This document shows, piece by piece, positions 42,601 to 50,799 of a DNA stretch of 64,000 bases. The position numbers were made by a program, and so were the translations under genes. The stretch is from Phycisphaerae bacterium. Its GTDB lineage: Bacteria > Planctomycetota > Phycisphaerae > UBA1845 > Fen-1342. How positions within the stretch are numbered: position 1 is the first letter of the stretch; each line of letters starts with the position of its first letter. A model generated the notes under the pieces. That model was not told the origin of the DNA, made no database searches, and saw only the letters and a list, made by a program, of their open reading frames with translations. The stretch lies in the NCBI GenBank assembly GCA_050115495.1, contig JASFQK010000012.1, positions 64,001-128,000 on the forward strand, read 5' to 3'.

Positions 42601-42771
42601 GTCGCGAACGTAGCCATCGGACGTGATGATCGTGGAGTGCACGCCGGGCGGCTGTTGCCCCGGTCGCCCGTCACCGACCCCCGCCATCGCTACGCCGCCC
42701 AGCATTCCAGCGGCGACCAGCACGATCCCCCCCGCCAGCCCCCCGCACCAGGCCGTTGAGGATCTCTTCAT
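39637..42771 (-). CDS. Secreted protein: caspase/legumain-like domain (apparently permuted), Pro-rich linker, beta-rich domains, dockerin-like C-terminus
   Basis: GAGGAG RBS, signal peptide, [56 protein letters not shown]...[16 protein letters not shown]. Confidence 0.85.
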   Translation of the reverse strand: MKRSSTAWCGGLAGGIVLVAAGMLGGVAMAGVGDGRPGQQPPGVHSTIITSDGYVRDDELAMHIANEINAYGGQVADVKIILNTCYGGGFETEITFIFGPTGPCPGVPWMFASAAQWYEYAWAFRAEWCEDPTANLGSKLTSALAGPQSGHWDPTPGAMLDAGSNNVLADLTTAVQHDEAGPYHEQAENPVVTGGNGGQNIVWNAPGTSHEVILFGGRMDQPAYYNDMDNMQAALTGLYGGAPCTMQVLPNGTRQDLLDAISAACANLDANTQLLLHFTDHGGFVVDVVEHLIAQGQPPPYVVPNFLDTIIWKPPPPWPPWPKEKPPPPPPEEWEEPELDLTLLFPIDSGFWIVRLNDDPIPLPPGILTGELTLPVAWESFREGENHLTIEAVGEPSGPFVFDAMVLTSGPVAMGTEPPADWAVRTAVGYGFAATWLPGSATPGYVPAQVSWPEWTCGGPLMHYYSDPAWPDKQGFWGVMGPLETATLTAHVFNTDSLAEKQHVVITADIMACDPTDDAWNVVVQPPPGEDTRPPAAFTPQVTGETANADGSLHCTWEMDLVPVPPFENVTFTLKTGSGAGSFIFIDNITIDTTGEPKDKSTEPEGVPPEQTEKSEAAYYYFNSTEWPPEAHYEVLPTWYEGTLWDRLGTFPPEWLPEVTDHRGVLGLPGEFPADGKLMVHFDDEAELDGREHVSCQFDRYSGGGTVFCEPVLPPESAIENLHEEVEVLEAGWERVHLTYDVVPPPAWQEVHWLMFANGSGGAVAIDNFAMSSSTWWADHWHDAFDFHDVGAGLQDIYGWKGWDNNPAADAIVTDAEKRTPFHSVMVEGAADLVHELDAPAARWMFTTWQYVPADFESGCDASDNCGSYFILLNTYNDGGPYHWSVQLHADSVTGSFIRDQETPVSMPLITDQWVKIDVLIDLNEDWYRTYYDGVQLGTAASWTAGVFGGGGGVLDIAAVDLYANTSTALYYDDLYLRPLLPGDLNCDGDVNNFDISPFVKAVGHPEMYAADFPGCERFNADINGDGAVDNFDITPFVRLLAPE

Positions 42772-43101
42772 GGCGTTCTCCTCTTTTGTACCCGAACAGA
42801 AGTGGGTCTGCGCCACGGCGCTTCTCGACCGGCTCACATGAAATCCGTCACAGCGCCGTTTATCCCGGAATCTTCGACATGACGTCGCCCGGCGCACGCC
42901 CGGGCCACGCTCTTATTATACCCCGATACCGCCTCCTGCGGCCCCCATTCTCCCCGAATACCGCCCTGCCCGTCGCCCCCGGACCAGCCGCACCGTCGCT
43001 TCAGGCCTGCTGCGGCGATCGGCTGGGCAATCTTCCACAGTCCGAGCAGAATACCTCCCCGGGACCGCCACGCTGGCGTCCCGAACACTGGGGATGAATA
43101 C

Positions 43102-43932
43102 ATGACCGGCGACTCGGCGGGACAACCTGATGCGCCGTCCGATCTCGGCGAACACCCGCCCATAGCGGTCATCGAGACCGACCGCTTCTGCGATGGTTGC
43201 GGCTACAACCTGCGCACGCAGGCCATCCACCGCGATCCGCGTACCGGCATCCTCCTGTGCCGCTGCCCGGAATGCGGCCGGTTCCACGCCGCCGCCGACC
43301 ACGCCACAACGGTAGGCAGGCTCTGGCTGAAGCGGCTGGCCGCGGCCCTGCTGGTCGGCTGGATACTGACGATCCTGGCGGCAGTCTTCGGCCTCGGCCT
43401 GGTCCAGGTGATCCTATGCTTCGGGACTCTCGACGAGCTGACGTACTGGGGACCGGGGTCGCCGCAGCAGGCCGTTGTCAGTGGCGGTAAGCTCACGTTC
43501 GTCTCGACGAGCACGTCGTATACGCGCTGGCAGCGCTACGTACGAGAGGACTACGAGTGGCGGCCGCAACTCCTGCTGCTCATGAACGGGCTCTCCGCCG
43601 CCGCCGGCTTCGGCGTGACCTTTCTGGCCGCGGTGGCCCTGGCGCATTGGCGGCGATGGTGGTACCTGGCCCCGCTCGTGCTGATCTCACTGGGGGCCGG
43701 TCTGATCGCCTGGTTGGCCTGGTGTGACGACGCCGCCAATCTCGAAGCCTGGAGCCGGCCGTACATCGCCTCGCAGACCGCCGCGCACCTGGTTGGCGGC
43801 CTGGCCGGCATTCTGTGGGGACGGCCGCTGGCTCGCGGGATCGTACGGGTGTTGCTGGCCCCGCGTCACCGGGGTCTCTTCACGTACCTCTGGCTGGCCG
43901 ACGGCAAACCTCCGCCGACAATCAACAGCTAG
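43102..43932 (+). CDS. Zn-ribbon membrane protein
   Basis: CDGCGYNL...CPECG followed by about 4 TM segments. Confidence 0.8.
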   Translation: MTGDSAGQPDAPSDLGEHPPIAVIETDRFCDGCGYNLRTQAIHRDPRTGILLCRCPECGRFHAAADHATTVGRLWLKRLAAALLVGWILTILAAVFGLGLVQVILCFGTLDELTYWGPGSPQQAVVSGGKLTFVSTSTSYTRWQRYVREDYEWRPQLLLLMNGLSAAAGFGVTFLAAVALAHWRRWWYLAPLVLISLGAGLIAWLAWCDDAANLEAWSRPYIASQTAAHLVGGLAGILWGRPLARGIVRVLLAPRHRGLFTYLWLADGKPPPTINS

Positions 43933-43956
43933 CCCGGCTCCGCGCCGCCGCCCGCC

Positions 43957-44157
43957 CTATTTCCCCTTCTTCTTTTGATCCTGCTGCTCCAGTTCCTGCA
44001 AGTCGCGTTGCAGCAGATAATCCGACCCGCGCCGGGCGTTTGCCAACGACCGCTGCGCTTCGCACGTCGTCTTCAGATCGCGCCGCAACTCCGCCCGCTT
44101 CTCGGAGGCTTGATGGGACCGGAACAGCCCGCCAAACAACCGCATCAACCAGTACAT
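43957..44157 (-). CDS. Small hypothetical protein (66 aa)
   Basis: GGAGG upstream of the ATG at 44157; MYWLMRLFGGLFRS...LQRDLQELEQQDQKKKGK. Confidence 0.45.
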   Translation of the reverse strand: MYWLMRLFGGLFRSHQASEKRAELRRDLKTTCEAQRSLANARRGSDYLLQRDLQELEQQDQKKKGK

Positions 44158-44412
44158 CGAGTGTCCCTCCGAGTAACCACAGCACGCGACCGCAACGCCA
44201 GCCCCTACACAGAGCCCTGAACGTACAAGTCCCACTCAGTCGGCGCCCGGCAACGCTGCTGATAATCCTCGATGTCATCGTACCCGTTCGCAGCAGTCGC
44301 ATGCAAGATCGACTCGTGCGATCGAGGCTCCAGACCGAGCGCGCCCATGACTGACACCCCTTCGGCCAGTTGCGACAGCCGATGCTCCCCCCTCTCCCGC
44401 CCCACCATGCAA

Positions 44413-44442
44413 GAAGGCCGGACGTAACAGCGCCCGGCCTTC
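44413..44442 (-). terminator. Hairpin, putative terminator of the PEP-CTERM gene
   Basis: GAAGGCCGG...CCGGCCTTC stem 30 nt after the stop; weak U tract. Confidence 0.5.
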
Positions 44443-44471
44443 CGATGTCGTCTTGATGAAACCCGCTTCGG

Positions 44472-45077
44472 CTAACGCCGACGCAGCAGCGTCAGCGCAC
44501 CGACAGCCAGCAGCCCCAGGCTCGCCGGCTCCGGAATCGTCGTGCCAACCACGACGTCGTCCAGCGTCACGAACAGGCCCGCGTCTGGCTCCGGCGACAG
44601 GGTCACGCTCGTAATCGGAATGTCACTGGTGAAACCGGTGAACGCACTCGTGTACGGTGAGTCGAGCACCACACTCGTCCCGTCGTTCAAGGCGACTGTC
44701 AGATCACCTTCCACTGCCCCGAACACGACGTTCGTCACGTAGAAGGACCCACCGAACGCCGTCACCGGAGCACCGACGAACGTGATCGTTACGTCATAGC
44801 CCGCGCTGTTCGTGCCCACGGTACCCACGCAAGGCGTGCCGCCGGCGACGTCTTCGCCCCAGACGTAGAGATCGTCCAGCGACGCCACGTTCCACGCGTA
44901 CGTCCCGTCCGTGAAGCCCGGCGGCGAGAGTTCCGACTCCGCCGGGGCGCCGAAGCTCTCCAGGTAGTAGCCCGACTCAACGTGCGACAGAAAGTCGCTC
45001 TGGTTGTCATAGGTCGTGGCCGCGAATGCTGCACCCGCGGTCAGAAGAACCACTGCCATTGCCATGTACTGCTTCAA
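44472..45077 (-). CDS. PEP-CTERM sorting domain protein
   Basis: GGAGG RBS before TTG; signal peptide ending AFA; C-terminus IPEPASLGLLAVGALTLLRRR. Confidence 0.9.
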   Translation of the reverse strand: MKQYMAMAVVLLTAGAAFAATTYDNQSDFLSHVESGYYLESFGAPAESELSPPGFTDGTYAWNVASLDDLYVWGEDVAGGTPCVGTVGTNSAGYDVTITFVGAPVTAFGGSFYVTNVVFGAVEGDLTVALNDGTSVVLDSPYTSAFTGFTSDIPITSVTLSPEPDAGLFVTLDDVVVGTTIPEPASLGLLAVGALTLLRRR

Positions 45078-45363
45078 TTTCCTTCCTCCATTCTCCGGGG
45101 AGTCCTGGGGGTTCTGTACCGCCGTCGCCCACCGGGCCACACAGCCCCAGCGACAGTCTTCCGGACAGAATTCGTTGGCGGGATCGTCTTACAGCCCGTC
45201 TAGCGAAGTACCGCATATTACGCAAGAAAACGCGGCCGGTCAAACACTACGGCTTGTCGTCTTTGCCTCCGTGGCACGCCCAATAATGTCACCCGCGCCC
45301 TCACGCATGTGCCTGGACTATTCTCGGAATCACAGCGCTGCGTCACCTCGCGCGCAGCAGCCG

Positions 45364-46611
45364 CTACGCCGGTCGCTCGGGGAGTTCGTACCGGATGGCC
45401 AGTGATGTGGGAATCGCCGGGAATGCCACGCGAACGCGGTAGACGTTGAGCCGGTTGCCGTCGCAGCCCAGCTTGCTGATCACGTAGCGCACCATCTCGC
45501 CGTAACGCGGCACTTCCCGGCTGTGTACGACCGAAGGGCCCCGGCCGATAAGCTCGACCGTCTCGACGATCGGCAGCGCGTTGCGGGCATGGCCGCCCGG
45601 GAACTGCGGTCCGCCGGCGAGCTCGGAGTGCAGCACGACCGTCGGCTCCAGGTCGCGGAACACATCCTCGTGCACCAGCACATCAAAGAGCAGCTTGTCG
45701 CACGGCGTACGCAGACGCACGATGTGGTTGCCGAAACTATTGTGCTCCTCGCGATAGCTCGTGGCGACGTTGTGGCCCACTTCGGCGGTGATGCACGTCA
45801 CCGCACCCGTGTTCCCTACCGGCCCCTCCACCAGCTCGTCTTCCAGGAACCCGTCCGCGCTCGCCACCCGCCGGAATCGTGGAAGCGGCTGCGAGCAGAA
45901 CTGACGCAGCAGCGGCACTGGCGGTTTTTCGATCCCGGCGCCTTCCGGTGCGTCGATCGGCGTCAGCACGAACGGCGTGCGCACCTGGCCATCGTCGTCC
46001 GCACAGCGGGCCCGTGACACGACCCACGTCACATTCGGCCGCATCCGCCGCAGACCGACGAACCCACGCAGCGACGCGATGTCGATCCGCCCCCGCTCCG
46101 TCCCCGGCAGCACAAAATCAGCCTTGAACTGCGTCGCCGCATGCACCCCCCAGATATGCGCGTTCGCCCGGACAGCGGCCTTCCGATGGGGCAGATCGAC
46201 GGCGACCCGGCCACGCTTCGCGAAGCTGGCCGCCATCGTCCCCAGCGAAACCCGGTCGCCTGCATGCCGGTCGACGAGATCCTCAAAGTCGGCGAGAGCC
46301 CGTGTCGCCGATTCCACCAGCGCCGTCGGCGTGCTGCGGTCAGCGGCGGCTCGCAGGAACGTCCGAATAGCCGCCGGCCCGGGAACGTGCTGCGCCGCCA
46401 TGAAGACGTCATCCCCGTGCGCGATCTTCAGTATCTTCCAGCCCAGCGTCTTGTCGATCCCCAGGACCTTGTGCAGCTCGCCTGGTTGAGCGGCGCTAAG
46501 TGACACGGAATCAACGATTTGCGCGAACGAATCGCGCAGCCGGCCCAGCACCCGTTCGGCCTGCGACTCGAAACTCTGCGGCTGTTCTTCTGTTGTATGA
46601 GAGGTGTTCAT
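45364..46611 (-). CDS. Hypothetical cytoplasmic protein with N-terminal HTH-like segment
   Basis: 415 aa with no signal peptide or TM; PGELHKVLGIDKTLGWKILK resembles an HTH; beta-rich C-terminal half. Confidence 0.7.
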   Translation of the reverse strand: MNTSHTTEEQPQSFESQAERVLGRLRDSFAQIVDSVSLSAAQPGELHKVLGIDKTLGWKILKIAHGDDVFMAAQHVPGPAAIRTFLRAAADRSTPTALVESATRALADFEDLVDRHAGDRVSLGTMAASFAKRGRVAVDLPHRKAAVRANAHIWGVHAATQFKADFVLPGTERGRIDIASLRGFVGLRRMRPNVTWVVSRARCADDDGQVRTPFVLTPIDAPEGAGIEKPPVPLLRQFCSQPLPRFRRVASADGFLEDELVEGPVGNTGAVTCITAEVGHNVATSYREEHNSFGNHIVRLRTPCDKLLFDVLVHEDVFRDLEPTVVLHSELAGGPQFPGGHARNALPIVETVELIGRGPSVVHSREVPRYGEMVRYVISKLGCDGNRLNVYRVRVAFPAIPTSLAIRYELPERPA

Positions 46612-46620
46612 CGCACACCT

Positions 46621-46649
46621 AATCTAGTTGCATCCGGCCCCCGAGTCAA
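46621..46649 (-). promoter_or_regulatory. sigma70-type promoter for the 46611 gene
   Basis: TTGACT-17 nt-TAGATT, ending 9 nt before the ATG. Confidence 0.55.
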
Positions 46650-46693
46650 CGAATACTTCTCCAGATCCATTTTTAGAAACCCATACAAAACCG

Positions 46694-46722
46694 TTGACAC
46701 AAACATGATCGTTCGATAAAAC
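46694..46722 (+). promoter_or_regulatory. sigma70-type promoter for the 46817 gene
   Basis: TTGACA-17 nt-TAAAAC with AT-rich upstream DNA. Confidence 0.5.
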
Positions 46723-46816
46723 TGGATTCATTAGCTCGACCTGGACGGGTGCCGCCTTGGTGGTCGGAGTGCTCTGACCAACGGCACGGAGCGTGCGGGG
46801 GGTGGAGGAAGCGGTT

Positions 46817-48187
46817 ATGTATCGTGCGCTGACTCGGTTTGCCTTACCAACGGGTCTCGTGCTGGCTCTGTCCCTCGCGGCATTCGCCCAGACAGCCCAG
46901 CTCGTCGAATTCCCCGACCCCGCCAAGTTCTATCAGAACTCCTCGTTCATCATCGACCGCAACGTCGCCTTCGTGCCCACCTACGACAACGACACGTTGT
47001 GGTCCTTCTCTACTGTCACCGGCGAATTGCTCGACCCCAACGGGCTGGCCCTGGCCGGCAACGCCTCCGACCCGTTCCTCTTCGCCGGCGACAAGCTTGC
47101 CATGCCCGGCTGGTTCCCCAACCAGGGCGTGTTCGTGGCCGATATCTCCGATCCCGCCAACATCAAGGAAATCGGCGTCATCAGTCTTCCGACGACCACG
47201 AACATCCAGGGGCAGGAAATCGCGGTGGATGAGAACGGCTACATCGGCTACGTCGCCGGCTTCCCAAACGACACGCTGTACTCGTTCAACGTCAACACCC
47301 TGCAACTCGAGGACATGGATGGCCTGGTTCTGCCGGGCAACCCGGACCGCATCGCTCTCGGTGCCGACTACCGCCTGGCGATCGTCGATACGACGAACAA
47401 GGTCATCATGGTTGTCGACGTCGCCGACCCGGCGAACCTCACGCTGATCGGCACCATTACCCTGCCCGGCACCGGCAGCTTCGGTTCCAACGATGTGATC
47501 GCCATCGCCGAGGACGGACACACGGCGTATATCGCCGCCGACAACCGTGTCCTGTACTCCTTCGACCTCGCCACGATGTCGGTGCTCGACCCCGACGGCG
47601 TGTCGTTCGGCACGCAGGGTGGCTCTTACGGCGTCGTGCTCCACGGTGACCGCGCCGCCGTCCCCTGGGATCGCGGCCTCACCTTCTTCGACATCAGCGA
47701 CCCGACCAACCTGACGGTCGTCTCCAACGCCGCCTTCGGCGGCACCGTCGCTCCGCAGGGCAACGGCGTGGTTTCGTTCAGCCAGGACGGGACGAAGGCG
47801 ATCATGCCCGTGATCTACCCGGGCAACTACGTGTACTCGTTCTACGTCGAGACCGGCGCCCAATTCGCGACGCGCTATGAGGTAAGCGCCCAGCCGAACC
47901 TCACGGCCATCTACGGCGCCGATCTGATCGGCGTCCTCTGCAACAGCGGCGATAACAGCAAGATCTGGCTCATCGGCGGGCTGCTCGACGGCGACTGGGC
48001 CGCCGACATGAACTGCGACGGCGTGATCGACAACTTCGACATCAGCCCCTTCCTCGCCGCCCTGCTCGACCCGACCACCTACCAGGAGGACTATCCGCTC
48101 TGCGACCCGATGAACGCCGACTGCAACGACGACGGCGAAGTCAACAACTTCGACATCAAGCCGTTCATCGACCTTCTCTTGGGGTAG
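46817..48187 (+). CDS. Secreted beta-propeller (LVIVD-like repeat) protein with dockerin-like C-terminus
   Basis: GGAGG RBS, signal peptide; repeats VADISDPAN, VVDVADPAN, FFDISDPTN and DTLx[18 protein letters not shown]...DCNDDGEVNNFDIKPF. Confidence 0.85.
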   Translation: MYRALTRFALPTGLVLALSLAAFAQTAQLVEFPDPAKFYQNSSFIIDRNVAFVPTYDNDTLWSFSTVTGELLDPNGLALAGNASDPFLFAGDKLAMPGWFPNQGVFVADISDPANIKEIGVISLPTTTNIQGQEIAVDENGYIGYVAGFPNDTLYSFNVNTLQLEDMDGLVLPGNPDRIALGADYRLAIVDTTNKVIMVVDVADPANLTLIGTITLPGTGSFGSNDVIAIAEDGHTAYIAADNRVLYSFDLATMSVLDPDGVSFGTQGGSYGVVLHGDRAAVPWDRGLTFFDISDPTNLTVVSNAAFGGTVAPQGNGVVSFSQDGTKAIMPVIYPGNYVYSFYVETGAQFATRYEVSAQPNLTAIYGADLIGVLCNSGDNSKIWLIGGLLDGDWAADMNCDGVIDNFDISPFLAALLDPTTYQEDYPLCDPMNADCNDDGEVNNFDIKPFIDLLLG

Positions 48188-48390
48188 TATCGCCTGACGA
48201 CGCGGCGGCACGTCGAAGCTGCGACGGCGATTCTCCGGCCCGCGGAATTCGTCGTCGACCGCCGCCTCGCGACCGCACGGAAGGGAGAGCCGCCAGTGAC
48301 GGGCGGCACGAGCCTCTGCAAGAGGCGATGGAGCGCGCCCCGGGTAAGGCACTGCCGAACCCGGGGCGGCGTTTCACCGGGCCGGAGTTC

Positions 48391-48508
48391 CCAAGCTTAT
48401 GGATTAGTCTCCGGTCGGTCGGGCGTCCGAGGCTGTGGATCAATCTCAGGTGGGTCGGGCGTCCGAGCCTGTGAATCAACACTGGGTGGGTCGGGCGTCC
48501 CGCCCGAC
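48391..48508. repeat. Three 36-bp tandem units ending in a REP-like hairpin
   Basis: Units start at 48391, 48427 and 48463, each ending GGTCGGGCGT; the last completes GTGGGTCGGGCGTCCCGCCCGAC. Confidence 0.8.
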
Positions 48509-48535
48509 ATTCGTCCTCCTGATCCCTTTGTTTCC

Positions 48536-48746
48536 GCGCGCCCTCCAGGCGAAAAAGACACAGAGGGGTTGAGGCTCCCGGCCCAGGGACTGAAGTCCCC
48601 GGCAACCAACGCGTGCCCTCCGGGCGAAGACGCATCGCGCATCCGCTTCCCCGCCCGGAGGGCGCACGACCGTAGCCAGGGACTTCAGTCCCTGGTCAAG
48701 GACGACGCCCCCCCCTTCTCTCTTCTCTTCGCCCGGAGGGCGCACG
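48536..48746. repeat. About 210-bp nested inverted-repeat element (REPIN/MITE-like)
   Basis: Left arm CGCGCCCTCCAGGCGAA...CCAGGGACTGAAGTCCCCGG...CGTGCCCTCCGGGCG is mirrored by CGCCCGGAGGGCGCACG...CCAGGGACTTCAGTCCCTGG...TTCGCCCGGAGGGCGCACG. Confidence 0.8.
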
Positions 48747-48870
48747 ATCCACCCAGCGTCGAGGATTGTCTCCCGAACTCAGACGCCTGCCTCACCCAGT
48801 GCTGAGGACTGCTTCACAAGCTGTCCTCCCGCTCCTCGGCCAGACCGTGAGTCCCCCCCGTCCCCAAATC

Positions 48871-48900
48871 CAAAGCGGCCGCCCGAGTTGGGCGGCCGCT
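48871..48900 (-). terminator. Rho-independent terminator of the sigma factor gene
   Basis: 11-bp stem AGCGGCCGCCC/GGGCGGCCGCT, then TTGGATTT on the - strand. Confidence 0.65.
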
Positions 48901-48928
48901 CTGTTGCTCAACGAAGGGGAAAGATCGT

Positions 48929-49927
48929 TTACGACTGGAAGACGGTCTCTTCGAGCTGCGTTCGCAGCTTCTCGAGTGCTCGATTCTGAATTTGCCGCAC
49001 GCGCTCCTTGCTCACGCCCAGCAGCGCCCCCACCTGCTCCAGCGTCGGTGCCCGCCGACGGCCCTCTTCCGGCTCGCCATCCTCCAGCGAGAAGCGGGCG
49101 TTGATCACCCGTCGCTCCACGCTGCTGAGGTCGGCGGTGTTCTCCGCCAGAATGCTCTGCAGGCCGGTGACGCAATCCTGGCTGTCCTCCAGGCGCTTGG
49201 TTTCGAGATCGTCGCTGCGCTCCAGCGACGGGTCGTATGGCGCGGGGAATTGGTTGCGGTAGCGGGCCGTCTTCGCCCCGAGACGGGCGAAGCTGCTCAT
49301 GATCGCCCGGCAGGCGTACGTGCTGAACTTGAATCCCCGCGTGCAGTCGAACTTGTCCACGCACCGCAGCAGGGCCAGGTTGCCCTCGCTGATCAGATCG
49401 CCCAGCTCGACGCCCATGGTCCGCGTTCGCCGGGCCATCGCCATCACCAGCGACGTGTTCAACCGCACGATCGCGTTCCGCGTCAGCAGCGCCTCACGCA
49501 GCCACCGCAGAATCTCGCGCGACGCCGTCAGGCCCAGCCGCTTATCCGCGTGCTTGCGCACGATCAGCATGATGCGGTACCGGCAGTAGTTGAACCGCAG
49601 GAACAGGGCCCGCTCCTCGTCCTGCGACAGCACGCGGTGCCGCCGCGGGGCCAACAGGTCCATCCCGCTGTCGTCGTTCTGGGCGACATTTCGAGTGTCT
49701 TCCGACTCGTCCGGAAGCGGCTCCAGCAGGTTCCGCTCCGCGTTCCCCCGTCGAAACGACGGGTCGTAGACACACTCCAGCGTTCCGTCCAGCACTTCAG
49801 CCAGCAGGTGCTCGCTGGATTTCGACAGTCGCCGGAGTGCGGCCGGCGTGGGCATCTTTGCCCGTGGCGCCAACTTCCGCAGCCCGAAGGCCTTGCCGGA
49901 GGTTCGTTCTGAGGTTGGCTTACTCAT
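48929..49927 (-). CDS. Alternative sigma-70 family RNA polymerase sigma factor
   Basis: LSQDEE; region 2 DLISEG...VDKFD.TRGFKFSTYA; region 4 TLEQVGALLGVSKERVRQIQNRALEKLR. Confidence 0.92.
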   Translation of the reverse strand: MSKPTSERTSGKAFGLRKLAPRAKMPTPAALRRLSKSSEHLLAEVLDGTLECVYDPSFRRGNAERNLLEPLPDESEDTRNVAQNDDSGMDLLAPRRHRVLSQDEERALFLRFNYCRYRIMLIVRKHADKRLGLTASREILRWLREALLTRNAIVRLNTSLVMAMARRTRTMGVELGDLISEGNLALLRCVDKFDCTRGFKFSTYACRAIMSSFARLGAKTARYRNQFPAPYDPSLERSDDLETKRLEDSQDCVTGLQSILAENTADLSSVERRVINARFSLEDGEPEEGRRRAPTLEQVGALLGVSKERVRQIQNRALEKLRTQLEETVFQS

Positions 49928-50478
49928 AGCCCGCTCACAATCCTTCCTTGAGGTCCGATTCGCTCTATCTGAATACTTATACGAGCCTGGCAGCCGTGAG
50001 TTTGGTTAATTCGTCCCGAAACGGTCCAGCATACGAGAAATCGCCCCAAACTGGTGCGATTTCATGGCTCGATCTTCGCGGCTGTCATATTACGTACAAC
50101 CCATTCTCAATCTCGGGAACTCGCCTGTTTCACGAACGCTCTGCGGCCCGGCAGACGCCCGCTGTTCCTGTTGGGGTTCATTCTCCGCGTGCTGCTGTAG
50201 CACGCATGTTCGATACTCGCGAAGGCGAAGACAGTGCAGTTACTTCACGGCTGTCTTCGCGTGGCCCGGCAACACCTACCTGTATCATGCGCGATTCCGC
50301 GACATTTTGCATTGCCGACCGCACCTTTTTTCGCCACTTTATCGAAGCTTTCTACCCTGTTTTAACCGGCACGCGCAGAAATTGTTCCCGCGCGTCAAGA
50401 TTTCCTGCGAAAACTGTCCGGAACGGTCCCCCACCCAGCCGAATCGCGACGCGGAGCATCGCACTATGCCGCAATCGG

Positions 50479-50793
50479 CTACGACTTCGACGGCGTGGCC
50501 TTTTTCTTGGACTTGCTCGTGGACTCGCTCTTCTCTGACGTCTTGGATCCGCTGTCGCTGGACGGCGTCGGGGAGGCGACATCTGCCGCCGCCGCCTTCT
50601 TGTAGGCCGAACTGCGATAATCCGTCTCGTAGAATCCGGAGCCCTTGAAGATGATTCCCCCACCGCGCCCGATCAGCCGTTCGAGCGTCCGCCGCTTGCA
50701 GTTCGGACACGTCTTCAGCGATTTCGCCGTGATCGACTGAAACTGCTCGAACTCGTACCCACAGCCTTCGCAGCGATACTCATACGTCGGCAT
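50479..50793 (-). CDS. FmdB family zinc ribbon protein
   Basis: MPTYEYRCEGCG...CPNC...FKGSGFYETDY. Confidence 0.9.
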   Translation of the reverse strand: MPTYEYRCEGCGYEFEQFQSITAKSLKTCPNCKRRTLERLIGRGGGIIFKGSGFYETDYRSSAYKKAAAADVASPTPSSDSGSKTSEKSESTSKSKKKATPSKS

Positions 50794-50799
50794 GCTCAA

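Noticed and set aside
44205..44408. Short ORF as a possible peptide precursor
   Set aside because: No modification enzymes nearby and no recognisable leader motif.
48391..48498. Possible CRISPR array
   Set aside because: 36-nt period with mutually similar variable parts, no unique spacers and no cas genes.
48165..48805. ORFs across the repeat region (RPTH..LIH.LG repeats)
   Set aside because: Translations of DNA repeats with no RBS or coding signal.
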